Of a stretch of 64,000 nucleotides of DNA, positions 1-14,000 are shown piece by piece. Position 1 is the first letter of the stretch. Each line of letters opens with the position of its first letter. Below the pieces are notes generated by a model. The model worked only from the letters and a program-made list of their open reading frames with translations, was not told the DNA's origin and made no database searches. The translations under genes and the position numbers were made by a program. This stretch comes from Rotaria socialis (taxonomy: Eukaryota), in assembly GCA_905331295.1 (NCBI GenBank), contig CAJNYD010000047.1, positions 1 to 64,000 on the forward strand, in the 5' to 3' direction.

Positions 1-81
1 TTTGAATAACCGATGTTTCATTAGAATAAATTCTCGAAATAGCTGCTTGGAAAGATACGGAATACGAATCAAAGTTACTTA

Positions 82-941
82 TTATATATAATGCCACATT
101 GGAAGTAAATAGTATATTGTATATTTAAATACTCTCATAATCATGATTTTATTACTATCACGAATTTTCCTACTATCAGTTGAAGGAACGACTACACATA
201 GCTTATCAATAACATGCATTGTTCGTGGTCCAACTGTAGCAAGTAAACCTAGATCAACAAGTTCCAAAGGAACGTTCTTTTGTAAAGCAAATTCACTCAT
301 TTGAATATCATCGTCAATATCTCTTGATTCAATGNCTCTTGATTCAATGAACATTTAGAAATAATACGAATACTTTTTTTCATCGAAACCATTCTGTTTA
401 GTTGCATGTTGTTCATGAACTTGTGTATCTTCAATTTGAATAGCAACATTAACGTTATCGGGTAATTTAGCACGTCAACATTGACCTTCCATAAGTGATG
501 TACTAGTCCGAATTAAAAGAGTTTGAATTCACATTTTCTTCTCCAGCATCTGAAAGTTCAGTATTCACATTGTAGACAACTAATCAACTATCTAACATTT
601 GATTAGCATATTAGTATGTCATAACTACTTTAGCACATCGATTTTGAATCAACTCTGTTGCATGTTGTAGAACTGAATAAGCAAAATCTAAGTAATTCTT
701 CAACGGAAAGAAAGGTAACTGCTAGATCAGGAATTTCTTTTGTAGTAACTTAACTCGTCGACTGAAGTAAAAATGAGTCTACTAAATAAAAAAATTGCAC
801 GTACACATACTTCTAGTGTAATAAATTTGAACAATATTTCCTAGAATTAAAAGAAAACAGACCAACTTAACACTTAAAAGATAAAAACTACATACCTTGA
901 CAGGCAGCTGGTCCTGAATGATCTTTTCTTGTTGGAACAAA
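82..941 (-). pseudogene. Degenerate multi-exon gene remnant of unknown family
   Basis: Protein-like minus-strand segments (FVPTRKDHSGPAACQ; IRTSTSLMEGQC*RAKLPDNVNVAIQIEDTQVHEQH; DIDDDIQMSEFALQKNVPL) separated by AG/GTATGT splice-like sites, with an in-frame stop. No family recognised. Confidence 0.4.
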
Positions 942-2312
942 CTAAAATATATTTATAATCAGTTGTTCGTTTGAGTTAAGGAATGAATATGTGAAATAAA
1001 TAAGTTCTTATCAAGCACGTATACATGATCATAGAGTTCTTCTAAACAAAAACAAACGTAAGAATAAAACATAGTTGATTGTATAACATAGAAAATTGAT
1101 CCTCTAATTTTTGTGTTTTTCTTTTTCAACCATGCAATTCATATAATTTGTTCCTAAGGATTCGAAACCGGATAGAAGTTCAATAATACCTGATTTATCT
1201 ACATATGAAAATCATAATAGAATTGAATTTATTTGAGAGAAAAAGTCGAGGGTGTGTATGGACAGATTCAAAGAAAAATTTCGAGAACAAAAGTACCGCA
1301 TCGTCATAAAAGTAAAACCCTATCTATTTTTACATGGGATCAATTGATAGAAAAATATGAGTTCTTTGTCTATTAAATTAACAAGTGATTTCGTCAATTG
1401 CTCAAAGAAATGATATATGAAGCTTATGAAGATCGAATCGATTGATTCCAAATCAATTGTTAAACCATTCCCCATATGAACTTTCAACCACGTCATGTCA
1501 TGAAGATGCTATCAGTTGTATAAAAGTTTCGAATATTGTAAAATATAACATTTCAACTTTTGAAATAAATAGTTTTCAATGTTCAATGGTGTTTTTATTC
1601 GACTAAATTCTCCAGATATTCCAATAACTCATCTTTTTTTCTTATTACATGCTCTGATGGAACATCTTTATTTTATGCAAGCAAAGCTATTTGTCTAATT
1701 AGTCTAGAGACTCATTATTCAACAGTTAAATGTATTTTAGAACTTATTTATTGTACATATTACATCAAGTATATTTTTCATTTCCACTCGCCATCATTAC
1801 CTTGTTCTTTCTTTGTTTGTTTGATAATAAAAAGAATCGCTATTCGCTAGGATATATTCTAGTATATATACTGTCATTGTTGCATTGAACTGTTAAATAA
1901 AGACATAATTCATCTGTGTTACTTTTTTGTCACAGACCAATAAAGTCTACATACAATAGTAACTAATACATGTATTTCAATTAGTACTTCTGACAATCAC
2001 GCAAACTTTGCAAGAAAAAGAAAAGTGTTGTCATTATAGTTTGGAACCTCTGTACATATGCATTCTTGAATAGACAAAAATGAAAGATGTAGTTAATTGA
2101 GGAAAATCTGGATTGATTGCGCATACAAAACATCGGAATGATTAAATAAAATACAACAAAGTTTTTTTTGTTTTACAACGGCAGTACAAATATATAAATA
2201 TATACACAAGAAAAATAAAAGCTTTTTAAAATTTCTTTTTTGTGAATCGAGATCAAAAATAAATAGATCATTGAATATGATGAATGACCATCATAGAAAT
2301 CTTCTTTTTGTT

Positions 2313-4280
2313 CTAGAATAGTCGCTTTTCAAATGAATGTAAATTATGTACACCACCTTCAATCTGTGCTGCAGTTGTACGTTTTTCAACTCTGATTAAT
2401 TCTTCGGTTGCTTCTTTATGTAATTGTTCAAGTGATTGACATCCGATATCTTGAAGAGATTTTTGTATACCAGTATAGAGGTAACCACCAATAAATCGAT
2501 GAATACTACCCTTGTCAACAACACTACCTGAGACACCTTGAGCAACTTTGATATGATCTGTTTCTGAATAATATCGGCTAGCGGCAGATAATTCTTGGCA
2601 TGCAGTCATTGCATCAAGGCTACCCATACCACGATCTATAGATGAAGCAAAAAAAGATGTAAATTAGTAATTTATTCTATAGAAGATTTCTGTCTCATCA
2701 ACTAAAAACTTTTCATAGAAAGTTTTTCAAACAATATATTTGTTGTTCTTGTCGTCTACTTACATTTCTTAAGTCTTACACCATCTTGATAATAATATTC
2801 TCCAGGCGCTTCATGTGTACCAGCTAATAATGATCCCATCATAACACAATCAGCACCTAATGTTAATGCCTTCACAATATGTCCAACGCACGATATGCCT
2901 CCATCAGCAATAACAGGTATATTATGTCGTCGTGCATATTCAGCGACTTTATATACTGCTGTTGCTTGTGCTCGTCCCACAGCCATAACTTCTTGTGTAA
3001 TGCAAATTGATCCACTACCCATTCCAACTCGCAAAGCATCAGCACCGGCATCGATTAGATTTTTTGCTTGTCTTTGTGTAACAACATTACCGGCGACAAC
3101 TTGTAGATTTGGATAAGTACTTTTAATATGTTTAATCATGTCAATTTGATATATGGAATTTCCTTGTGAAGAATCCAGTACGATAACATCGACACCAACT
3201 TGAGCAAGAGCTTCAAGACGTTTTTCGTCTTCTTTTCGTGTACCTATAGCAGCTCCACATAACAATTGTCGACGATTGTCTTTTGACGCTAATGGATAAT
3301 CACGATTTTTTTCTAGATCGGTTCGAGCTATTAATGATACAAGATTACCATCGGAGTCAACGATGGGTAATTTTCCTAAATAACAATATTTTTTTATTTT
3401 CTTTTTATCGCAGCGCAAATAAGAAAATAATCCAATGACACATGAGTCATGTGTCATTTAACATAAAGTTTTACAAGAGACGAGAGTCGATATTTTAAGG
3501 TTTCTTTTTATTAAAAAAGAAAGATAAATAACATCATGTAACGAACCTTTTTTACTTCGTTGTAAAATACTATATGCATCTTTGAGTGTTAAATCATTTT
3601 TTGCTGTTATAAGATCAGCAATCGGTGTCATAACTTGACTAATTGGTATCTTTGACCATTGATCTTTACTTAAAAAATCAATGTCACGAAATGTTATTAA
3701 ACCTAATAATTTGCTATTAATTTTTCCACTTTCTGTCACCGGTATACCTACAAAAAAAAGCAGCAAAAAGTTGCACTGTACAATGCAATAACCGTTGAAT
3801 GTGTTTACCAGAAAATCCATGCAATTTTTTAATAGCGTAAATTTCAGCGACTGTATTCGTTGGTGAAAGTACTAGTGGATCACTTATAAAACCTTGTTCA
3901 TAACGTTTTACTCGTCGTACTTCATTGGCTTGATATTCCACTGAACAATTATGATGAATGATACCTATTCCACCATTTAATGCCATAGCCACTAAAACAA
4001 AAATTTTACTTTTTCCATCATTTTTTTTGTTGAAAACCTTCAAATTCTTACCAGCCATAGTCGATTCTGAAACAGTATCCATTGGACTTGATACAAATGG
4101 TGTTTTGATAGTAATCTTTTTTGTAAGTTTAGCAGTAAGTGCAACATTATCTGATGAAAAATTAATATAACCGGGTAATATGATAAAATCATTATAAGTT
4201 AAACCATCATTATTTTGAAATAATTCTTTAATTGATAAACCGTCAGATAAATTTTCCTCGTGATCACCATTTTCTAACAT
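2313..4280 (-). CDS. IMPDH: Inosine-5'-monophosphate dehydrogenase (5 coding exons)
   Basis: [25 protein letters not shown] region, catalytic loop [33 protein letters not shown] split by an intron, C-terminal [18 protein letters not shown] introns join the ORF pieces. Confidence 0.98.
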
Positions 4281-4543
4281 TACGTCTTCTTACTGTGTCT
4301 TATTCGGATTAATGAATAATAAATAAATAAATCTGAATCTGAAAGAGGTTGTTGAATGTTTTTTTTTGGTTTCCTGATTACGACATCAGTTTGGCGTTGA
4401 TTGTAACGCCAACTAGATTGATTATATATTGGATAAAAATTTGTTAGCAAATCAGAAGCGGATGAACTGAATCATCATATCTTCTTTTTGTTGTTTTCCG
4501 ATTGAGTTTTTTTTCATTATTTTTTTTTGGTAATATTATAATT
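4281..4543. promoter_or_regulatory. Short divergent promoter region between IMPDH and CUL5
   Basis: About 260 bp between head-to-head start codons. Contains the inverted repeat TTGGCGTT-N6-AACGCCAA (4391-4412) and an ATTGG (reverse CCAAT) near 4428. Confidence 0.6.
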
Positions 4544-7500
4544 ATGGTATGTTATCAATTTATTGGAACTTTCAATTTATTCTAACGTCTTTTTATTTTT
4601 CGTTTTCTTCAAAGAATCATCAAGCTACATTTCAAGATCGATGGCCACAAATGAAACGTGTCGTATTAAAGATTCTTCGACAAGAACCAACTTCACAAGT
4701 CGAATGGCAAAATTTATTTACGTAAATAACTATTATTTCAATAGATTTCTGTTATGTTAATAAATAATCTCGTCTATTTTTAGTGATGTATACGGTGTTT
4801 CCACATGGTATCCGTCAAGTATACAAGAAATATTTACGGAATTATCAAATGAAATTACTCGGCATATCAAACAAGGACAAGAGGTTAATTTAAAAACGAA
4901 ATTCTTGTTTGAGATAAGTTAAACCGATGTATACCAGCGATAGCTTTTTTTGCTTTCGTTAAGAAATTATGTTCGACAATGCGTACATTTTGTCATAAAA
5001 AAAAGCTATCCAAAATTTATTCTCATTATTTATTTTAGCGTGTTCTACGGCATGATGAAGATTCAGCGTATGTATATCTAATGTTTGCTGGTGAATTAAA
5101 TTTTGAATAGATTTTCTTTCTAGTCTTCTCAAAGCATACATTCATGAGTGGTCTAAGTTTTATGAACAATGTGAATATTTACCTAAACCGTTTGTTCGTA
5201 TTGAAACAACGCCCAATGGGAATAGCTCTTCCAATGCAACATATAATGCAGAGAAAACAACACGTAATACAGATCAAGTTCGACAGTTAATGCTTGAATC
5301 ATGGAATAATAATATATTTAAAGATATAAAACATCGTCTTCAAGTAAATATAAATTAGGTTTATGTGTATTTTTAATGATGGTGTTATTTTTCTTTTTGT
5401 AGAATAGTGCAATGAAATTAGTTCAAGCGGAACGTAATGGTGAATCATTCGACTCTCAATTAGTTATTGGTGTTCGAGATTCATATGGTAAAATGAATAC
5501 TTGTTAGATATATTACCAATAGAGTGATATTGAGAAGAGTTATTTATAATTGGTAGAATTTACCTGGAGAAAAATATGAAATATTTGCTGATAACTACTG
5601 ATTTATTGCATTTTTACAGCATGTTTGAATATAGTACCACCATTCATTCTTACAAACATTAAGAGTATCGCTATTTTACTATTAATTTTTTAAGCTAACT
5701 GAAATTGATTACGCATATCTCTGATCTGTAACCTGTAGAAAACCAGGTTTGAGTAATATAAAATCGAGATAATCCTTATTAGTAAGTTGAGACAGCAATA
5801 CTCATTTATTTTATACTCTTTTTATTTTGAGCACAATTTTGTTAGTTTTACAATCTTCGAAAGTGTTATGATTACTAAAGATACATTTTTCTTTTTCTTC
5901 TTTTTAGTGAGTTTAAAAACAGATGATAAAGATAAATATAAAGTTTATATTGAAAACTTTGAACGTGCTTATTTGAATGAAACAACTCGATTTTATAAAC
6001 AAAAAGCTGGCCAATATCTCGCCGAACATGGCATCCTATCTTATCTTTATTATGCAGATCAAAAACTCAAAGTAATATTTATTTTAATATCACCAACACG
6101 TTTATTTCGTCGATTTTAGGAAGAAGAAAAACGTGCGCGACGCTATCTTGAATCTGTAGCAGAATGTAATAGTGTTCCATTATTGGTTCGTCGATGTGTT
6201 GATGTATTTGTTACGGAATTTCGTGAGCAAATTACTAATGAATGCCCTAATTTAATCGAAAATAATGATATTGAACGTAAGAAGAGAAAAACAAACTATT
6301 AATATTTATTTTAAATTAATTTCAATATTATTCTTTCGAAGGTTTACGTCTTGTATTTGTACTTCTTGATCATACAGGAGATATAACGTCGCTAACACAA
6401 TCACTTGAATCATTTATTGTTAAACAAGGACTTGATAATATGCTTAAAAATAAAGATACAATCAAACAAGTTTGTTAATTTTTATTAAAACCAAGAAACG
6501 AGGCTTATTTGATTTGTTTTAAAATTAGGATCCTGAAAGTTATGTTCAACAGTTACTAGATCTTTATCGACAATTTTCAAATCTTGTACGTGATGCTTTT
6601 CTCAATGATCCAAGATTTCTTACATCTCGTGATAAAGGTTAATTGAATATTGTCTTAATTTTTGCCACTAATAATTATTTTTATTTAATTAGCTTTTCAA
6701 AAGATTATTAATGATATTTCAGTCTTTCAACTTGATATGCCAGCGCGTGCTACACGAGGGTACATAAAAACAAAATTCATTTTCAAATTTTCTTTTCTTT
6801 TATTCATCGTTTCTTTTCCGTAGAACAACTCGGACAACTCTTGCTGAATCGCGTTGTCCTGAATTATTAGCACAGTATTGTGATATACTTTTACGTAAGG
6901 GTACATCAACACACAAAAAATATTCATCAGAAGAAATTGAAGTTAAACTAAAAGATGTGGTAAGCAAAAGCTTTCGATTATGTCTAGAGTTTTTATTTAT
7001 TTTTCTTTTCATTTAGTTATTATTATTGAAATATGTACAAAATAAAGATGTTTTTATGCGATTTTATAAAGGAGCTCTTACACGCCGCCTTATCTTGGAT
7101 ACTTCGATTGATAATGAACTTGAAGAAAGCATTGTTATTCAATTAAGAGTAAGAAATATATATTTCAGGCATTTTCAATATGTGTTCTATTGCAAAAATT
7201 AATCTATCCAAATAATTTATGAACCTACATTCTCTAGTGAAACGTATAAAAATTCAATGGACATGTCTTGCGGGAAGGATTTTCCCTACGGTAATTAGAA
7301 ATAGGAAAGATATTTAATATGAACGTTATCTAAGATAGTTTGTTTTTCTTTTGATGTGAACCTTCTCGAAGGTTCACTATTTCATGCAAACAAAAATTAT
7401 ATATATATATTGCAAAAAAAAATAAAAACAAGTTCATTCAATTATTATTTTCTTTGTCGTCATCATTTTTAATATTAATATCTTCTACTTCCATATGTTG

Positions 7501-9484
7501 CCAATTTTTCTCCATGCATGTTATTCATATGTTACTACTATTACTCTTTTGAGCATGTACCTTCAATGATAATTTTATTTGTAATATGTTGACATTACTT
7601 ATTGCAACAAAATACAACGTAGGCGGAAGCTTCTTTTCAAATATGAACGATAAAATTCTAATAGAAATTATGAAAGCATTACGGGAATTGACAAATAGTC
7701 GTTGCCGAAGGACATTGCGATCGATTCATGTTAGTTGTAATTTAAGGCGATGGAACAAAGAAACTTTCTCTTGGCTATATTTTGACAGCTACTTGTTAAA
7801 CAAATTACTTATGTGTTTCCAAAATAGTTCACATATTGCAATTAGAGACTACATGAATTCTTTGTCAAAACGGGTTATTACAGTTATCTATGAGTTATTG
7901 AATAGTAATTTATATTTCCTCGATGAAAATACTCTATTTGAAAGACTTTGTTTTTCATAGTATTCAAAACTAATGTAGATTATACGTTTTGTAAAATTCT
8001 TTTTTTTTGCTTTCAGTTAAAAACGGAAATCTTATTCTGAACGTAATTAATCTAATAGAAAAGATGCAAAATGTCCGAAGAATAATTGTCATGGATTGAG
8101 TCACACAATGCAACATAATTAGACGTACTTGTTTGTTTCATTGGAAGAAAAGTTAGATTTATATAATTTTTCTCTGATCAGATGATTTTGACGGAAGCAT
8201 TTACAAAGATAGATAGTTCTATGGATTTTTTATCATTGATTCAAATTCATCAACATTTGCTTTTTGTTAGAAAAATTCAGATTTTTCATTGGAGTAGATT
8301 AAATTTTCATATAAATGATAAAACTATTCTCAATGGTATTCTGACAGAATTATTATCATTTACAGTTCATTAAGTACATATTTTCTACATGGAATGCTGA
8401 TAGCATCATAGATGTTTTAATTTAATAAAATCTAAATAAATGCTTCTATGTTTCGTAGGATGTTGGTATGCCAGCTGAATTTATTATTAAATTACAGCAA
8501 ATGTTCAAAGATCTGAAATTAAATCGTGATATGAATGAAGAATTTCGAAGTGTATGCCCATCGTCACGTAACAATAATACCATGATGGGTAAATATAAAT
8601 AATAGTTGTTGTGTTAAATAATAAATTATTCATTTCATCTTATTTAGATTCATTTTCATTTAAAATTCTAAGTGCTGCGGCATGGCCGCACCCAGGTGAT
8701 AAGATTGATGTATCATTGCCAGCACAGATCGAAGATGTTCTACCAGAAATTGAAGAATTTTATAAGAAAAAACATTCAGGAAGAAAATTAACTTGGTATC
8801 ATACAGTATCAAATGGGCAGGTAAGTTTTGTTAACGAAAACGAACTCAATTAAAAGGCCAAATTTGTTTTTTGTCTATTTTTAGTTAACATTCGCTTCTA
8901 AAAATGGTAAATACGATTTAGATGTGTCAACATTACAAGCATCGGTACTTTTCGCATGGAATCATCGACCAACAAATAAGTTGACATTTAGTGAACTTAA
9001 ATTGGCAACAAATATCCCAGAAAATGAATTGAAAAAAACTCTATGGTCATTAGTATCGTTTGCAAAATTGAAACAACAATTAATATGCTATGAAACACAT
9101 GTTGAATCATGTCAAGATTTGAGTGAAATGAGTCTATTTTGGATAAATTACGATTTTACAATAATACGTGCTGGTAAAGTTCAAACACGTGGCCATGTTA
9201 ATATGATACAACGTCTTCAGTTAAATACCGAAAAAGGACGCGAAGAAGAAAATGAAGAAATAATGTTTTTACGCGGTGAACGTACAAAAGAAGCTATTGT
9301 TAAAATAATGAAAACTCGACAGCGTATGAACAATGGTCAATTACAAACTGAATTAATTGAAATACTAAAAAATATGTTTGTACCATCTAAAAAATTAATT
9401 AAAGAAATGATTGAATGGTTAATTGATCATCGATATATGGCTAGATCAGAGACAAATATATCAGAATATGTTTATGTGGCTTGA
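4544..9484 (+). CDS. CUL5: Cullin-5 (multi-exon)
   Basis: N-terminus M|NHQATFQDRWPQMKRVVLKILRQEP matches the CUL5 pattern; also SAMKLVQAERNGESFDSQLVIGVR, ESRCPELLAQYCD, KYVQNKDVFMRF, HSGRKLTWYH and the neddylation segment EAIVKIMK. Ends YVYVA-stop at 9484. Confidence 0.96.
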
Positions 9485-11049
9485 ATGAATATTATCATGT
9501 ACCATGGAATGTTTCGTGAATCATTTTTAGGCAAATGTTTTCTTTTTTCTTAATGTTAACTGTGATAATTAGACTTCTTTTTTTTCTCGGATAGATTCTC
9601 TTGTATCTATTACATCTTTTTTTTATTCCCGGTTCTGAAATATCTGTACTTGCGTATATAACAGCATCAAAAATCATCATTTCCTTGACTTATAAATATG
9701 TATTTCTTCGTGTATGTAACTCAAAAATTGCTACAATAAAAAAGAAGCACAGGTTTGTCATCACGATCACTAAAATAGATAATTATGTTTTCATAGACAA
9801 CACTTCGGACGAAAACAAGAAAACAGATTTATTCACTCTGAGGATTGTTTTTTTTTCTTTTTTGTATTACTGATTTATCTTACAAATTGAATAGTAGCTA
9901 GTTTTTTTTTAAACAGATATATAACATTATGGACTTTCGATGCATCGAATTATAATGAGTAGGAAGCTACAGTACTAGAAATATCAATGGATAACTATTC
10001 TCCTTCGATGTAATTGTAGTATTCTATACGCGAAATAAACGCATCAGGCCAATTATTGTAATCTAGATGACTGTTTTTTGTTTCATAATGGCCTTGTGTG
10101 AGTTCTTTTAGCCTGTCATGATCCATTAAAAAACAATTCTAAGTCAGATTTGATACTGAAGATTTCCAACCAACTGATGTCAAAGTTTTGTCAGTGTCTG
10201 TCTTAGGAAGATAAAATAGACTGGTTCCTGATAATTTCAGAAAATTAATTTTCGTTTAAAAATGATTAACAAGTCGGAGAAATGAAATCTATGTAATAAG
10301 TTTTACACTGCAATGTCTTCTTCAATTTAAAAACCTTGTGGATTTCGCTAGCATGCAACATGAGTTAGGGAAATTCATCACACAAAGAGAGAAGTCTGAA
10401 AAATGCATTACGATTAAAACACGCACATATGCGTAGACATGCAGATATCAAATTTCATGAAAACTATCTCAAAAGAAATTCATTAATATCTTAAGTTGTA
10501 TTAGTCAGCACTTATCAGCCGTATCTCCCTAGTTATAAACCTATACGTTAGTTCCAAATATTGCATCTATCAAGGCTAACTAAGTATTCGTTAAATTGCG
10601 ATAATTGAACAAATCAAAATAGTGTAGTTGAATCTGTCAAATATTGCAATTCGAGTATTTTTCCTATGAGAAATCTTTTGTGAATAATACAATGCATTCA
10701 TTTCATAACCCGGTGAAAAGCTGATTTCAGTAAACATAAGTGACTCAATTTAACAGTCAGGAAATACTCAAGCAAAACTTTGAAAACTATTTCAAAAAGT
10801 CTCTTCTCGGTCGATTAAATTGTATCGACAATGTTACAGTTACTAGGATATTCGTTGGTAATCTACTATGTTTAAGCATGTTTAGATCTTATTTAGCGGT
10901 ATCTGGGAAATGATTCATGTTTATTAACTTTTTTGCGTTCTTTACATAGAAGTGGAACAAAACACAAGCGTGACTACACATTTCTTATAGCACATTTGAG
11001 CACATAGAAATAAAAAGAAATAACAGGCACTATATAGTTTATTTTTTCT

Positions 11050-14000
11050 TCAATGAACATCTCCATCCGTTAACGATAATAAACTACTCGATGATGATGA
11101 TGACGAGGAAGAAGCTGCCGAAGAACTACGCCGTTTTTCATCGCCGTTAGTTGCCCTAAAAATGCAATCAAATTAAATATTTATAAGAATAAATTTGCAA
11201 TTTCTAACCGTTTTTCTTGTGAACGATTTTCACTGGTAACAAATAGATCTTCCATTGGAATAATAGCTTCTGGTGTTTTATATTCACGTTCACCAAGTCT
11301 AGTTAAAACTTGACAAAAATCATGACCGATCATTTGTAATGTTGATATTTGTATTTGTAAACCCTAAAATCAGAAAGTTTCTTCGTTTATTTTAATCAAA
11401 TAAAAACTACAAACTTTATATAAGCCGGCGTCAAAACCATTGTATGTTGCTTCCATTGTATAAGCAAAATCAATCTTAAATTCTTCCCAGACTACCATAC
11501 GAGCACAGCCTTCCTTTTGTTTTCGCATCGTAAATAAACAACTTTGTAATGCAAAACCCGGTACACCCGTAAATAGTTTAGGGAACATTTTTGTTATCGT
11601 AGAACGACCAATGGCTGGTCCAAGAAAATGAAGACGAGGATCATTGCCATAGAAGAAAAAATTTTTTTGTCGCGAATGGCCATGAAAATCACAAAACAGC
11701 TAAGAAAAAACACAGTTAATAAGTTCAACTTATTAATTTTATTCTTATATACCGTTATCGGCCGAGAAGAACACATTGATAAATAGGCTAATAAACCTTT
11801 AGTATGATAAATTGTTGGAAATAGTACGGAATTAGGAGCTGACCACTGGCGATTAAGATCTTTCGTAGCTAATGAACAACGTTGACTAAAAATAGAAGAA
11901 TAATCATATTTGAAACTTCTGTTTACAACTGTAGGAATTTTATTTAAACCTAAGTTGTGAATCTACATAGAAATACTCAAATAGGGAAATCATTTTTTTA
12001 TGTAAAATTCTCTAAAAATCGCAGCACATACGGATAATTTCTTCCTCAGATATTAATTTTTCTAAAACTCGATTGGATTGTTTGTTGTATAGTACGTCAG
12101 AGATACAATCTCAGAAGATCGAACCGTATCCTATTGGAATTTTTCATACATTGTAGAAAATGTCTCTAAGGCTCTATTTATCTATTAGGATTGAGATAGG
12201 TTTTTAAAATTTACCAGCCATTAATAACACCATCTGGATTCAGCATTGGTACTATCTAAAAATTAAAAAGAAAAATACTCAGTTCTATTAGACGCATTGA
12301 TAAGGTTAATCCATACTTTGAAAATATATTGATCTCGTAAAAGTCGTGCTGTTGGTTCATCACTTAATAAATAATCAATAATACCTTTCATAATCCAAGA
12401 TGCATTTGATTCACCTGGATGAACACGTGCTGTTAACATAACATATGTTCTTTCATCTTAAATAAAAACAAAATATATTTATAAGACATTTTGTTTTCTT
12501 AAGATCGTGACTTCATTGCTTACGCATAGGAATGGTCTGTTTTTCACTGTGGTATACATCATTTTGATTATAGAAACTAGTTATTGTTAATAAAGGGCAA
12601 TCATTTTCAGATAATGTTTTACAAAGTACTTGTTGCCGAAAATAAATACTAGATCGATCATATGTATTTGACCAATTGACTATATCCGTCTAAATTTTCA
12701 ATAAAAACGTTCAAACAAAAAAATGATTTCTTATATTAATTTACCATTAGTGTTGTATACGTATATGGATAATGATATGCTATATAGCAGACGTCATTAT
12801 CATATGTAAATCGTATATTAAATGTCAATGTGTAATAGACTTTCTTTTTTTTGCCATATGTATTTTTATAGTAAGAAACCTTTTCGCCGATCCGACGCCA
12901 ACATGGTTTACCATTAAGTGCATCACAGACACTAAACATCACTGGTTGCATACCGGAATTAAATTGACTGTTGGCTTTTTCAAAATTGATTATATTAAAA
13001 CGATAGGTTATATCATGACGCATATTTGATACTTCGAAATAGAACCATTGATGATAGCGAAATGTATTTATATCAGGTCGAAGGATTAGATCATATTCTT
13101 CTTCGGTAATCTAGTAGCACGCAAAAGGATAAGCGAAAATTTATATTGAATGACAGAGGCTCATTTGTTTTTACTTGAACAGCTTTTCTTAAATTACCAC
13201 ATTCAAATTGAGAATCGAAGCGAAGATGATCAAGGTTGGATCGCATTTGGCATCTATAACGAAAAGTGATTAACAAAACTGACAACAAATGTTTTTAGAC
13301 TAAACAGAAATCTTATGATTTCTATCATATACTCAAGAAACTTACTAGAATTTTTATCCATCAAAAAGAAAGCAATAGAAAAATTGATCATCATATCTCA
13401 TTAGACTCGCAGATTTTTTTTATATGCATCTCACATAAGATAATGAGTATTGATATTGATATTTCTACCTCTGTTCATCTTCGTTATCCAATGCCGTTAC
13501 TACTGAGTGATCAACCACTGTATCAAAATCATAGACTGTACGATTAAAAATTGATGTTGGATAAATGATTCGACGAATATCCCCAAGTAATGTTGACCTA
13601 TAGAGATAGAAAATTACACTTCGACATAATAAAATAAATAATTTACCTATTGTTTCGTTCATCAGATTTTTGCATGGGTTCAAGTCTTGCATGGGACACA
13701 GCATTAAACGCATCCGGATAGGCAAGTTTGGTAAATCTTTAAGAAGAAAAAAAATTAGCCATTATATGTTTCTAATATTTCCTAAGAGCTGTATATATAT
13801 ATATATATATATATTCTATACCGATATGCACTTTTCGTAGATTTAGCAAGTATAGAATATGTTTGAAAATGTAAATCTAATGGCATACGCCAATAAGAAA
13901 ATGCTGATTGCGTACAAAGAAGTGTTAATGATGATGGTAAGATATTTCGAAATAATCTTGATAGTAAGCTTTCTGTAGACGGATCAAGAATACGTTGTGC

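Noticed and set aside
321..349. 14-bp direct repeat CTCTTGATTCAATG around a single N
   Set aside because: Typical contig-overlap artefact; it also creates the apparent start of ORF 82-354.
2895..4170. Plus-strand ORFs over IMPDH (likewise those opposite TUBE1, CSDE1, LARP1, CCP and PAQR)
   Set aside because: Antisense shadows of real exons.
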